A stretch of DNA of 64,000 nt from an uncultured Desulfomicrobium sp. Its GTDB lineage: Bacteria; Desulfobacterota; Desulfovibrionia; Desulfovibrionales; Desulfomicrobiaceae. The position numbers and the translations under genes were made by a program. Shown piece after piece: positions 35,655 to 47,813 of this stretch. Each line of letters begins with the position of its first letter. The stretch's first letter is position 1. The stretch is from positions 11,560 to 75,559 of the forward strand of contig CALMTS010000500.1 of NCBI GenBank assembly GCA_937872685.1, given 5' to 3'. The notes beneath the pieces are model-generated. The model made no database searches and was not told the origin of the DNA. It was given only the letters and a program-made list of their open reading frames with translations.

Positions 35655-38036
35655 ATGCGAAACTTTCTGACCATTCTGAAGCGCGAGCTGGGGGCGTATT
35701 TCAACTCGCCCATCGGCGCCATCTTTCTCATCGTCTTCACGCTCATCGCCAGCGGCCTCTACGTCACCGAGTTCTTTCTCTTCCCGGTGGCCGAGCTGCG
35801 CAGCTTCTTCAGCGTGCTGCCCCTGATCTTCTGCGTCTTCGTGCCCGCCGTGACCATGCGGCTGTGGGCCGAAGAGCGGGCCGGCAACACCGTGGAGATG
35901 CTTCTGACCTTCCCCATGAGCCCCATGGCCCTGGTGCTGGGCAAGTACGCGGCCGGCCTCTGTTTTCTGCTCCTGGCCCTGGCTTCAACCATGCTGCTGC
36001 CCGTCATGGTCGCGGTCCTGGGAGCTCCGGACTTCGGCCAGATGGCCGCCTCCTATCTCGGGGCGGTTCTTCTCGGTGGTTTCTTTCTGGCTCTGGGCCA
36101 GCTCGTTTCGGGTTTCGCCAGGGACCAGATCGTGGCGTTTGTGCTGAGCCTGCTGGCCTGCTTCGCCCTCTTCCTGCTGGGGACGGACTTTGCGGCTTCG
36201 GCCCTGGATGCCTGGATCGGCGGCCTGGGTTCGACCCTGCGTGAACTGTTGGGGGTGACCGGGCATTACGCGGTCTTTACCCGCGGCGTGGTGGAAGTGG
36301 CTGATCTGGCATATTTTCTGATCTGGACGGGGTTGTTCCTCTTTTTGAACGGCATGTTTGTCGAGGGCCGCGGGCGCAGGGGCTTTGCCGCCCTGTTCGC
36401 CGCCTGCGCAGGTCTCTGCCTGGGCATCGGGCTGGTCTTCAACGCCCTGGTGGGAGACGCGAGCCTGGCCCGGTTCGACTGGACGGAAGGGAAGATCCAC
36501 ACCGTGAGCGACGCGTCCAGACGTATTCTCTCCGGCCTCAAGGTCCCGGTGCAGATCACCTACTACGTCACTCCGGCCGAAGACATGCCCACGGAGATCA
36601 AGACCCTGGAGCGCGACGTCATGGATCGCCTGGAGGAACTGCGCCTGGCCAGCGGTGGCATGCTCTCCTTCAAGAGGGTGCACATGCGCGCGGCCAATGT
36701 CGTCAGCGCCGACCCCTTCGCCGCGCCGGAGGAAAAGAGCGACCCCCTGGAGAAGAGGATGCTGGAGAAGGGCGTCGAGCCGTTCTCGGTTTCGGCCATG
36801 CGCCAGACCGGATCGGTCAGCAACCTGATCTATTCGTCCCTGGGCGTCGCGTACAAGGACAAGCCCGAGGAGATCATCCCGCGCATCGTCCCGGATTCAC
36901 TGAGCGAGCTGGAATACATGATCGTCTCCACCGTGTATCGCATGACCCTGGACAGGGCGCCGGTCGTGGCCGTGGTCGGCGGAGAGGGTTTCGGACTGTT
37001 GCAGCAGGTGCTGGAGCAGGAAAAGTACCAGGTCCGGCCCGTGCAGCTCACGCCCAAGAGCCCGCTGCCGGCGGATGCCGATGTGATCCTGGTCCTGGGC
37101 CCGGCAAACCTGAACGAACGCCAGGCGTGGGAACTGCGATCGGCCGTGGCCGCCGGGCGCAAGACCATCCTGGCCCTGCAGACCAGCCAGTGGAACTACG
37201 ACATGGCCCGGGGGAGCATCTCCGTGCAGCGCATGCCGGTGCAAAGCGGCCTTGAGGACTGGCTCAAAGGGCTGGGCGTGACCGTGGAGGACAAGGTCCT
37301 CATGGACTCCCAGAACATGGCCATCCAGGTGTCCCGCAGCCGGTTGGACCAGATGTTCGGGGGCGGCATGAGCCTCAAGCTCCCCATCCACATCATGCTG
37401 TCCAAGGACAACATGAACCGGGACGACCCGTTGACCGCACGCCTGGAGAACCTCTTCTACCTCTGGGGGGCGGCCCTGACCCCGGACAGCGGCGTCCTGG
37501 CCAAAAACGGGCTGAACGCGACGGTGCTCGCTTCTTCGAGCCCGGCTTCCTGGCTGGCCGACGTCCGTACCGGGCTGTCGCAGCAGGATATCACGCCTCC
37601 GGCCACGGGGCTTGGGTCCCATCCGGCCGTGATCCGGCTGACAGGGCAGTTCCCGTCCGAAACGGAGCCGGCCCCGGCCTGGCCCGGGAGCGAGAACGCC
37701 ACCTCGGAAAAAAACCTCGATCAAACCCGGGCGCCCGGCGAGCTTCTGATCATCGGCGACGCCGTGATGTTCGGCGACGACCTGCTGCAGAACAATGTCG
37801 AGCTGGTCGTGAACGCCGTGGACTCCATGGCTCACGGCCGGGACCTGATCCAGATCCGCGGCAAGAAACTCGTGCCGCGCTATATTCTCGATGTCACGCC
37901 CGAGTCGGCGTCCTTCTGGAAATTCATGACCTACTGCCTGCCGGGACTGGGCATCGCCGGGCTGGCCGCCAGCCGCGCCTGGGGGCGCCGCCGTCGCCGG
38001 GCCCTGTTCGAGCGGAACTTCAGGAGCGCACAATGA
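35655..38036 (+). CDS. ABC-2 permease fused to a GldG-family periplasmic domain (GldF-GldG-like fusion)
   Basis: N-terminal RELGAYFNSP...TMRLWAEE permease, DWTEGKIHTVS, large soluble domain, C-terminal TM. Confidence 0.8.
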   Translation: MRNFLTILKRELGAYFNSPIGAIFLIVFTLIASGLYVTEFFLFPVAELRSFFSVLPLIFCVFVPAVTMRLWAEERAGNTVEMLLTFPMSPMALVLGKYAAGLCFLLLALASTMLLPVMVAVLGAPDFGQMAASYLGAVLLGGFFLALGQLVSGFARDQIVAFVLSLLACFALFLLGTDFAASALDAWIGGLGSTLRELLGVTGHYAVFTRGVVEVADLAYFLIWTGLFLFLNGMFVEGRGRRGFAALFAACAGLCLGIGLVFNALVGDASLARFDWTEGKIHTVSDASRRILSGLKVPVQITYYVTPAEDMPTEIKTLERDVMDRLEELRLASGGMLSFKRVHMRAANVVSADPFAAPEEKSDPLEKRMLEKGVEPFSVSAMRQTGSVSNLIYSSLGVAYKDKPEEIIPRIVPDSLSELEYMIVSTVYRMTLDRAPVVAVVGGEGFGLLQQVLEQEKYQVRPVQLTPKSPLPADADVILVLGPANLNERQAWELRSAVAAGRKTILALQTSQWNYDMARGSISVQRMPVQSGLEDWLKGLGVTVEDKVLMDSQNMAIQVSRSRLDQMFGGGMSLKLPIHIMLSKDNMNRDDPLTARLENLFYLWGAALTPDSGVLAKNGLNATVLASSSPASWLADVRTGLSQQDITPPATGLGSHPAVIRLTGQFPSETEPAPAWPGSENATSEKNLDQTRAPGELLIIGDAVMFGDDLLQNNVELVVNAVDSMAHGRDLIQIRGKKLVPRYILDVTPESASFWKFMTYCLPGLGIAGLAASRAWGRRRRRALFERNFRSAQ

Positions 38037-38989
38037 ATACACGCAAACTCCTCGTCCTGACCCTGGTTCTGGCTGTCCTTGCCGGGGGGCTCTGGCATCT
38101 CAGGGCCTCCCGCGAGGGTGCGGACATGCTCACTTCCGAATCCCTGCGCAGCTTCGTTCCGCCCGGGCTCGTGGCAACCGTCGACGCCGTGGACCTGACC
38201 AGGCCCGACAATTCCACCGTGCGCCTTGAAAAGCGGGACGGGCGATGGGTCCTTCCGGCCCTGGGCGGAGCGCCAGCCAACGCGTCCAGCATCGAGCGCA
38301 TGCTGACCGCGCTGGTGGAGCTGCGGGGCGAGCACCGCTCCAGCGACCCGGCGGTGCTGGGGGATTACGAACTGCTCGATGAGCAGGCCATGAGTCTGAT
38401 TCTGTGGGAGGGCGGCAAGGAGCGGGTCCGCCTGCTGTTCGGCAAGGGCGATTTCCGCCATGTCTTCGTCCGCGAGGCGGGGAGCCCCGACGTGTCCGTC
38501 GTGCCCGGCGCCATCGTCGGGCAGCTCGGGGCCTATGGGCCGACCCTTTCCCCGCAGTTCTGGATCGACGGGACGCTCCTGTCCGTGTCCGGAAGCGACG
38601 TGCGCGAGCTCCGGCTGCATGCACCCGGCATCGACGCAGTCCTGTCCCGCCAGCCGTCGGCCGGGTCGGATTCCGCGAACGCCACTGCTGCGCCGGAGTG
38701 GGACTTCCGCCAGACCGCGGGCAAGGGCCTGGCCCAAAGGCAGATGGAAGAGATTCTGGGTGTGCTCGAGCGGGTGCCGGTCACCGAAGCCGTCTATCCC
38801 GCGAATCCGGGCGAAGCCTTTCCGTCCCACCGGCTGGAAGTCGTGACCGCTTCGGGCGCCACGGTGCTGGAAGGGGCGCCCGATGGCGACGGCTTCCTTG
38901 TCCGTGTGGCCGGTTCCCCACACCTCTACCGCATGGGGCCGGCCGTTTTCGGCCGCCTCTTCCCCGCGCCTGACGGCACCCCCGAATAG
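38033..38989 (+). CDS. DUF4340-type periplasmic protein
   Basis: N-terminal anchor, repeated W...aN motifs, position after the GldG-like gene; ATGA overlap. Confidence 0.65.
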   Translation: MNTRKLLVLTLVLAVLAGGLWHLRASREGADMLTSESLRSFVPPGLVATVDAVDLTRPDNSTVRLEKRDGRWVLPALGGAPANASSIERMLTALVELRGEHRSSDPAVLGDYELLDEQAMSLILWEGGKERVRLLFGKGDFRHVFVREAGSPDVSVVPGAIVGQLGAYGPTLSPQFWIDGTLLSVSGSDVRELRLHAPGIDAVLSRQPSAGSDSANATAAPEWDFRQTAGKGLAQRQMEEILGVLERVPVTEAVYPANPGEAFPSHRLEVVTASGATVLEGAPDGDGFLVRVAGSPHLYRMGPAVFGRLFPAPDGTPE

Positions 38990-38995
38990 TCTCGC

Positions 38996-39030
38996 AGCGG
39001 TCCCGCGGCAGTGCGGGACCGCTTTTTTTT
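38996..39030 (+). terminator. Intrinsic terminator after the ABC operon
   Basis: AGCGGTCCCGC/GCGGGACCGCT stem followed by T8. Confidence 0.85.
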
Positions 39031-39127
39031 GCAAAAAAATGCCGGCTTGCCCTTTACAAGCAGTTTTCAGGCTTTAATTTGTGCCCGATTTTTACACGAT
39101 TTTGAATTTCAGCGAGAGGAGACAACA

Positions 39128-41032
<1,905 letters not shown>

Positions 41033-41053
41033 GCTGCTTCGGCAAGCATTGGC

Positions 41054-41083
41054 TTGACACGGCAAATTGCCGGTCCCTATACT
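41054..41083 (+). promoter_or_regulatory. Sigma70 promoter for the lpoA-like/gatCA/mnmA gene run
   Basis: TTGACA-18-TATACT. Confidence 0.65.
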
Positions 41084-41087
41084 TCGC

Positions 41088-41119
41088 GCCTGGCCCTTGA
41101 CGGGGCCAGGCTTTTTTTT
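41088..41119 (+). terminator. Intrinsic terminator after dnaK
   Basis: GCCTGGCCC/GGGCCAGGC 9-bp stem followed by T8. Confidence 0.85.
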
Positions 41120-41165
41120 ACGCACCGAAAACCTTCACCCCGGGCCGGCCTCCGCCCCTTACCAT

Positions 41166-43109
41166 ATGAAATTCGGCTCTTTCCTTCTCTGTGCCCTTTG
41201 TGTCGCCGTCCTTGCCCTGTCTTCCTGCGCGCCCAAGAAGATCATCCGTTCCGGCGGAGCGTCCGCTCCGGCATCCGCCCTGCCAGGGTACCGGGCGGAA
41301 GACCCGCAAAAGGCCCTGGAAAAGTACACCAGGCATCTGGAGACGACCAGGCCCGGCGATCCCGGACGGGAAGAGGCCTGGCGCAAGGCTGTGGGCAGCG
41401 CAGTGCAGCTTGGCGAATACGACCTGGCCGAGAAGAACCTGCAGGCCTGGCAGGCCGAGAGCAAGAACGCCACCGGCTCCTGGGACTGGAACCAGGCCTA
41501 TTCGCAGCTCCTGCTGGCCCGTAAGGGCAAGGACGCGTATTCCGCCTACCTCATCGACATGGTCGGCCGCACGGATCTGGACTGGACCACGCGGGAGACG
41601 GCGGGCATGGAACTGGTCGATCATTTCTGGAACATCCCGGAGTATGGCCTGGCCTTCGACGCCCTGGGCCTGGTCTACAAGGCCGCGCCGGACGATGCGG
41701 CCCGGGCCGGCCTGGAATCGACCGCCCTGGCGCGGGCCGAATCCCTGACGACCGAGGAACTGCAAAAAATTCTGGACAGCGCCCTGGGCGCGGACCCCAA
41801 CGCCTATCCCTGGTCCATGGTGGTATGGGCCCAGAGCATGAAACTGCTGGCCCGCGACCGCGGCAACTGGGCTACGGTCTGGCCGAGCCTTTCGGCCATC
41901 GTGCGCACCGGGGGCTTGGCCAACCGTGACTTTTTCGCCGGCAACCTGCGCACCCTGGAGCAGGAGCTGGGCGTGGTCAGGCAGAGTCTGGTGCTCCTGT
42001 TGCCCTTGTCGGGCCCCTATTCCCAGGTCGGCTGGAAGATCGCCAAGGGCGCGGACACGGCCTGGCGCGAGAGCCGGGCGCAGACCGCCGCGCCGGCCAT
42101 AAAGCTCATCAACACGGAGTCGCCCACGTTTCTCGACGAGCTGAAGGCCGTTGGGGGAGTGCCCATCGTCGGCGGTCCCCTGCGCAAGGAAATCTGGGAA
42201 AAAATCCGGCTGTCGGGGTTGCACCGCACGGCCAGGTTTCTGACGTTCATGCCCAGTGTCGAGGATGAGGGCGTCGAGGCCTGGCGGTTCTTCAGCAGCC
42301 CGGCCGACCAGACCCGGGCGCTCATCCGATGGTGCGAACAGCTCGGAGTCACGTCCTACGCCATTCTGCATCCCCAGGACCGCTTCGGTACGGCCATGAC
42401 GGAAGTTTTCCAGGAGCAGGCCAGAATTCTCGGCGCCCACGTGGCCGTGGTCCGGGGCTACGATATCGAGAACCCCCCTGGCTGGAGCAAGGCCGTGGCC
42501 GCGATCCTGGGAGCCAGCGGAGCCAAGGACGCCCTGAATCCCGAACCGCCGTACCAGGCGGTTTTTCTGCCCGACTCCCTCTTCCGGGTGCAGCAGCTGG
42601 CCCCGCTCTTCCACTACTATGAAGAGACGAGACTCATTTTCCTCGGGCCGCAGCTCTGGAGCCAGGGCCTGAGCGAGATCAACCTGGAGTCCCAGTATTA
42701 CGACCTGACGGTCTTTCCCGGTGCATGGAGCCCGGAACTGTCCTCCCAGAGCGCCCAGAACCTGAAGCGCGGCATGCAGGAGGGCGGTGGCGAGGAGGCG
42801 GACCTGTGGGCAGCCCTCGGTTATGATTTCGTGCGGTTTTCCGCGCTGGTGGGAGGCGGGCAGAGTTCCACCGAAGCCTTCAATCAGGCCCTGGCCGAAG
42901 CCTCGACCCGCATGCCCTGGTCCCTGGCGCCCATGCATTGGGACACGGGCCGGGTCACCCAGGACCTGTTCCTGTTTCAGCCCACCCGCTCCGGCATGGT
43001 TCAGGCCGATGTCGAAAAGATGCGACAGGCCCGCGAGTCGCGGCAGGTCCGTCGCGAGGAACGCCGCGCGCAACTTGAAGCCAAGAAAAAGAAAGAGGCC
43101 AACCAATGA
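41166..43109 (+). CDS. Lipoprotein, penicillin-binding protein activator (LpoA/LppC-like)
   Basis: Lipobox LSSC; helical N-terminus; VLLLPLSGPY, VGGPL, ALGYD periplasmic-binding-like C-terminus. Confidence 0.7.
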   Translation: MKFGSFLLCALCVAVLALSSCAPKKIIRSGGASAPASALPGYRAEDPQKALEKYTRHLETTRPGDPGREEAWRKAVGSAVQLGEYDLAEKNLQAWQAESKNATGSWDWNQAYSQLLLARKGKDAYSAYLIDMVGRTDLDWTTRETAGMELVDHFWNIPEYGLAFDALGLVYKAAPDDAARAGLESTALARAESLTTEELQKILDSALGADPNAYPWSMVVWAQSMKLLARDRGNWATVWPSLSAIVRTGGLANRDFFAGNLRTLEQELGVVRQSLVLLLPLSGPYSQVGWKIAKGADTAWRESRAQTAAPAIKLINTESPTFLDELKAVGGVPIVGGPLRKEIWEKIRLSGLHRTARFLTFMPSVEDEGVEAWRFFSSPADQTRALIRWCEQLGVTSYAILHPQDRFGTAMTEVFQEQARILGAHVAVVRGYDIENPPGWSKAVAAILGASGAKDALNPEPPYQAVFLPDSLFRVQQLAPLFHYYEETRLIFLGPQLWSQGLSEINLESQYYDLTVFPGAWSPELSSQSAQNLKRGMQEGGGEEADLWAALGYDFVRFSALVGGGQSSTEAFNQALAEASTRMPWSLAPMHWDTGRVTQDLFLFQPTRSGMVQADVEKMRQARESRQVRREERRAQLEAKKKKEANQ

Positions 43110-43390
43110 AAATAAGCCCTGAAAAGGCCCTGGCCATCGCCACCCTCGCCCGGTTGGAGATCACCCCCGGGCAGGCGGCCACACTGGGGGCCCAGATGGA
43201 TGACATCCTCGGGTACATGGACAAGCTCAACGAGCTCGACACGGCCGAAGTCGAGCCCATGTACACGCCCGTGGATCAACCGGGAGCCCTGCGCGCCGAC
43301 GAGGTCACCAAGGAATTCCCCCGCTCGGAGATTCTCAGGAACGCTCCGGAAACCGACGGCCAATACTTCATCGTCCCGCGCATCGTGTGA
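43106..43390 (+). CDS. gatC: Asp/Glu-tRNA amidotransferase subunit C
   Basis: [34 protein letters not shown]. Confidence 0.95.
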   Translation: MKISPEKALAIATLARLEITPGQAATLGAQMDDILGYMDKLNELDTAEVEPMYTPVDQPGALRADEVTKEFPRSEILRNAPETDGQYFIVPRIV

Positions 43391-43427
43391 TCCTGGGCGT
43401 CATTCATCAGTTTTGAGAGGAATGTTC

Positions 43428-44894
43428 ATGTCACAGCTTTTCGATCTTTCCCTGACCGGCATCCGCGACCGTCTGCGCGCTGGTGACGTCAGCGCCGAGG
43501 CCGCCACTACCGCTTGCCTGGAGCGCATCGCCGCGACCGAACCGGCCATCGATGCGCTGCTGCACGTGGCCGGGGAAGCCGCCCTGGACCAGGCCCGCGC
43601 CATGGATGCGGCCGGCCCTGACGCTTCCAGGCCCCTGTGGGGCGTGCCCATCACCATCAAGGATGTCCTGGCCACCATGGGCATGCCCACCACCTGCGGT
43701 TCCCGCATCCTGGAGAATTTCGTGCCGGTCTATGAGGCGCACTGCGTGTCGCGGCTCAGGGAGGCCGGCGCCATCATCCTGGGCAAGACCAACATGGACG
43801 AGTTCGCCATGGGCTCGTCCACGGAGAATTCCGCCTACAAGCTCACCAAGAATCCCTGGAACACGGGGCGGGTGCCGGGCGGCTCAAGCGGCGGTTCGGC
43901 GGCCAGCGTGGCGGCCGGACAGTGCTTCGCCTCCATCGGCACGGACACCGGCGGCTCCATCCGCCAGCCGGCCAGCTTCTGCGGCATCGTCGGTCTCAAG
44001 CCCAGCTATGGCCGCGTGTCGCGACGCGGGCTCATCGCCTACGGGTCCTCCCTCGACCAGGCCGGCCCCATGACCCGCACGGTGGCCGACGCGGCCGAGA
44101 TCCTGCAGGTCATCGCGGGCCATGACCCCAAGGATTCCACCAGCGTGAACGCGCCGGTGCCGGACTACCTTGCGGGCCTGGGCACGGACGGGTCCCTGAA
44201 AGGGCTGCGCCTGGGGCTCCCCGAACAGTATTGGGGCGAGGGCCTTTCTTCCGAAGTCGACGCGGCCTGCCGCGCCGCCATCGACCTGGCCGCGTCCCTG
44301 GGCGCCGAGATCGTGCCGGTATCCCTGCCGCACACCGAGTACGCCATCGCCACCTACTACATCCTGGCCATGGCCGAGGCGAGCTCCAACCTGGCCCGCT
44401 TCGACGGGGTGCGCTACGGGCATCGCAGCAGCAAGTCCTCGGATCTGGCCACCATGTACACCCGTTCGCGGTGCGAGGGCTTCGGCGAGGAGGTCATGCG
44501 CCGCATCATGCTCGGCACCTACGTGCTCTCGGCCGGCTACTACGACGCCTACTACAGGAAGGCGGCCCAGGTGCGCCGTCTCATCCGCCAGGATTTCCTG
44601 GACGCCCTGCAGAGTTGCGATCTGCTCTGCGGTCCGGCCTGCCCGACCACGGCGTTCGCCATCGGTGAGAACACCGCGGATCCCCTGCAGATGTACCTGA
44701 CGGACATTTTCACCATATCCCTGAACCTGAGCGGCCTGCCGGGCCTGTCCCTGCCCGTGGGCCTGGGCGCCGACACGGGCATGCCCGTGGGCTTGCAGCT
44801 TTTCGCGGGCAACATGGACGAGGCGCGTCTTCTGGCCGCGGCCGCGGCCCTGGAGTCGAACCTGCCGGCCATGCCCGCGCCCCCCATAGCCTGA
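43428..44894 (+). CDS. gatA: Asp/Glu-tRNA amidotransferase subunit A
   Basis: [41 protein letters not shown]. Confidence 0.96.
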   Translation: MSQLFDLSLTGIRDRLRAGDVSAEAATTACLERIAATEPAIDALLHVAGEAALDQARAMDAAGPDASRPLWGVPITIKDVLATMGMPTTCGSRILENFVPVYEAHCVSRLREAGAIILGKTNMDEFAMGSSTENSAYKLTKNPWNTGRVPGGSSGGSAASVAAGQCFASIGTDTGGSIRQPASFCGIVGLKPSYGRVSRRGLIAYGSSLDQAGPMTRTVADAAEILQVIAGHDPKDSTSVNAPVPDYLAGLGTDGSLKGLRLGLPEQYWGEGLSSEVDAACRAAIDLAASLGAEIVPVSLPHTEYAIATYYILAMAEASSNLARFDGVRYGHRSSKSSDLATMYTRSRCEGFGEEVMRRIMLGTYVLSAGYYDAYYRKAAQVRRLIRQDFLDALQSCDLLCGPACPTTAFAIGENTADPLQMYLTDIFTISLNLSGLPGLSLPVGLGADTGMPVGLQLFAGNMDEARLLAAAAALESNLPAMPAPPIA

Positions 44895-44924
44895 CGAGCG
44901 GCCGGATCTTCCGGCCCTTTTTGT

Positions 44925-45968
44925 ATGCCAAAGACAGCAATCGCATTGAGCGGAGGGGCCGATTCCCTCATGAGCCTGCTGCTGCTCCGGGAGACCGGGG
45001 CGGAAGTCATGGGCGTTCACGCCCGCTTCCTGCCGGAAGAAGACCGGGGGGTGATTGACGGGCTGCGCGGGTTATGCGCGGAACTCGGCGTGCCGTTCGT
45101 CATCGTCGACCTGCGGCGGGAGTTCGAGGAACTGGTCGTTGCCCCATTCGTGCGGGCCTATCAGGCCGGGCAGACCCCAAACCCCTGCGCGGCCTGCAAC
45201 CCGGCCATCAAGTTCGGCCTGCTTCTGGACCGGGTGCTGGAGCAGGGCGCGGTTCGTCTGGCCACGGGCCATTACGCCCGCCTGGAGGAGAAGCCCTGGG
45301 GGCCGGCGCTGTTTCGGGGCCTCGATCCGGCCAAGGACCAGAGCTATTTCCTGTCCATGGTGCCGCGTGAACGTTTTTCCATGATCGTCTTCCCCCTGGC
45401 CGGGTGGACCAAAGACAGGGTGCGGCAGGCCCTGGCCGAGCGGGGGATCGCTCCGCCCGCCGGGCGGGAGAGCCAGGAGGTGTGCTTCATCCCCTCGGAC
45501 TACCGTCACTTTCTGCGCAGCCGGGGAGCCCGCCTGAGTGGCCCGGGGCCCATCACCCTGGCGGACGGCACGGTGCTCGGCCGGCATGGCGGGCTGTGGA
45601 ACCACACGCTGGGGCAGCGCAAGGGGCTGGGCATCGCCTGGAGCGAGCCGCTCTACGTCACGGCCAAGGATTTTGAACGAAACCGCCTGGTCGTGGGGCG
45701 CAAGTCCGAGGCTCTGGCCCTGGGGTGCCGCACGGCCCGTCCCAACCTGCTCTGCCCGCCCGGGCAGTGGCCCGGCGAGGTGCTGGTGCAGACGATCTAC
45801 CGCCAACGGCCCGAGGCGGCGCACGTGATGTTGGATGATGAGGGGTTGACCATATCCTTCCCCGTCCCGCGTCCCGTTCCAACCCCGGGGCAGGTGGCCG
45901 CCGTGTATTCGGGCGCAGGCCAGGTTCTGGCGGGCGCGGTCATCCGGGAGGCTCTCAATGCGTCGTGA
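44925..45968 (+). CDS. mnmA: tRNA 2-thiouridine(34) synthase
   Basis: SGGADS, PNPCAACN, ATGHY, KDQSYFL, SQEVCF, GQRKGL, TPGQ. Confidence 0.93.
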   Translation: MPKTAIALSGGADSLMSLLLLRETGAEVMGVHARFLPEEDRGVIDGLRGLCAELGVPFVIVDLRREFEELVVAPFVRAYQAGQTPNPCAACNPAIKFGLLLDRVLEQGAVRLATGHYARLEEKPWGPALFRGLDPAKDQSYFLSMVPRERFSMIVFPLAGWTKDRVRQALAERGIAPPAGRESQEVCFIPSDYRHFLRSRGARLSGPGPITLADGTVLGRHGGLWNHTLGQRKGLGIAWSEPLYVTAKDFERNRLVVGRKSEALALGCRTARPNLLCPPGQWPGEVLVQTIYRQRPEAAHVMLDDEGLTISFPVPRPVPTPGQVAAVYSGAGQVLAGAVIREALNAS

Positions 45969-47253
45969 GCCCGGGCAGCTTTTTTTCATCGCGACGCAGG
46001 GATGCAAGGTCAACCAGTACGAGTCCCAGGCCCTGCGTGAATCCCTTCTGTCCGACGGGCTGATGGAAACGCAGGATCCCGCCCTGGCCGACCTGGTCCT
46101 CGTCAACAGTTGCGCCGTGACCGAACGGGCGGTTTTGGACCTGGCCAAGCTGGTGCGCGGATTTGCCGCCATCTCCCCGCGCCCGCGCATCGTGGTCGCG
46201 GGGTGTGCCGTGGAGGCCGACCGGGAGCGCATCCTGGCCTTGGATGCGGTGGACGAGGTCGTCGCCCAGCGGGACAAGGCCGGGTTGGCCCGCGCCGGGG
46301 AGCAGGGGCCTTTCCCCTCCCTGCGCATCTCCGGCTACAACCGGGCCCGGGCCGTGATCAAGGTTCAGGACGGCTGCTCCCACGGCTGCACCTATTGCAT
46401 CATCCCCTCCACCAGGGGCCGCTCCGTCAGCCGGGAGGCCGGGGATGTCATCGGCGAGGCCGAGCGGTTGCTCGCCGCAGGCATACGGGAGCTTTCCCTG
46501 TGCGGCATCAACCTGCGCCATTACGGCCGCGACCTCACGCCTTCCTCGGATTTCTGGGACCTGCTGGCGGCCGTGGACCGGGCCCTGGCCCCCCGGTGGG
46601 CCGGCCGGGCCAGGCTTCGCCTGGGCTCCCTCGAACCGGCGGACCTGCACGGAAAAGCCCTGGAGACGCTGGCGGAGTGCCGCCTCATGAGCCCCCATCT
46701 GCACCTGTCCCTGCAGAGCGGCAGTCCCGAGGTCCTGCGGCGCATGGGACGAGGCCATTACGGGCCGGACCAGATTTTCGGTTTTCTGGAGGGCCTTGGC
46801 AGGATCTGGCCGGTGTTCGGCCTGGGCGCGGACATCATCGCGGGCTTTCCCGGGGAGACCGAGGAGCATTTCCGGCAGACCCTGGACGTGGCGGAGCGCC
46901 TGCCGCTTTCCTATGCCCATGTGTTTCCTTACTCCGAGCGTCCCGGTACTCCGGCCGTGACGTTCAGTGGCGCCGTCCCGCCCCACCTGCGCCGGGAGCG
47001 GGCCAAGTTGTTGCGCCAGGCCGTTGCCCGCAAGCGGGCCGCGTTCCTGCGGGGGCTTCTGGCGCTGCCGCACATGGACGTAGTGATGGAGGACGGCGGA
47101 ACGGGCATGAACGAGTATTACGTCGAGTGCTCCGTCGAGGGAGGTGTTTCCGCACAGGCCAGAGAACTGGTCCGGGTCGTTCCGGTACGGGTTACCTCTT
47201 CGGGTCTGGCGACTCGGAGGGCGGACATTGCGCCCGCAGGGGAAACGGCGTGA
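45958..47253 (+). CDS. mtaB: Radical SAM methylthiotransferase, MtaB-like
   Basis: GCKVNQYES, NSCAVT, GC (UPF0004); KVQDGCSHGCTYC; GFPGET; FPYSERPGT. TRAM domain appears short. Confidence 0.8.
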   Translation: MRREPGQLFFIATQGCKVNQYESQALRESLLSDGLMETQDPALADLVLVNSCAVTERAVLDLAKLVRGFAAISPRPRIVVAGCAVEADRERILALDAVDEVVAQRDKAGLARAGEQGPFPSLRISGYNRARAVIKVQDGCSHGCTYCIIPSTRGRSVSREAGDVIGEAERLLAAGIRELSLCGINLRHYGRDLTPSSDFWDLLAAVDRALAPRWAGRARLRLGSLEPADLHGKALETLAECRLMSPHLHLSLQSGSPEVLRRMGRGHYGPDQIFGFLEGLGRIWPVFGLGADIIAGFPGETEEHFRQTLDVAERLPLSYAHVFPYSERPGTPAVTFSGAVPPHLRRERAKLLRQAVARKRAAFLRGLLALPHMDVVMEDGGTGMNEYYVECSVEGGVSAQARELVRVVPVRVTSSGLATRRADIAPAGETA

Positions 47254-47813
47254 GCACCCCGGCCGTGCCCCTGCCGGCCAGGGCCTTCCTGTCGGTCCTG
47301 AGCGCGCGCTGGGATGAGTTCTGGCCCGCCCTGCGCCCCAGGCTCGAAGAATTTCTGGGGCCCATGGACTACGAGTCCGAGCCCATACCCTTCACCCAGA
47401 CCGGCTACTACGACCGGGAGTTGGGCACGCCCATCCTCCGGCGGATCATGTCCTTCGAGCGGCCCCTGGCCATGGACGGCCTGGCCGAGGTCAAGCTGGC
47501 CACCAACAGGCTGGAACTCGAGTGGACCGGGACCGGCGGCAGGCTGTTCAACCTCGACCCGGGATACATCACCCAGGAACGCCTGGTCCTGGCCACGGGC
47601 AAGAATTTTTCGCACCGGATTTATCTGTCCCGGGGCATATGGGCCGACCTGACGCTCATTTTCCACAAGGGCGACTGGTTCGATCTGCCCTGGACTTTCC
47701 CGGATTACGCCACTCCCGAAATCAAGCGGCACTTGACCCGCATCCGGGAGATGTACAAAGCCTCTTTGAAGCACCCGAAAACACAAAAGGATACGATATG
47801 CTCAAAAGTATGA
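47250..47813 (+). CDS. DUF4416 family protein
   Basis: YYDRELG, KLATNRLE, NLDPGY, LATGKNFSHRIYL, WTFPDY. GTGA overlap with mtaB. Confidence 0.75.
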   Translation: MSTPAVPLPARAFLSVLSARWDEFWPALRPRLEEFLGPMDYESEPIPFTQTGYYDRELGTPILRRIMSFERPLAMDGLAEVKLATNRLELEWTGTGGRLFNLDPGYITQERLVLATGKNFSHRIYLSRGIWADLTLIFHKGDWFDLPWTFPDYATPEIKRHLTRIREMYKASLKHPKTQKDTICSKV

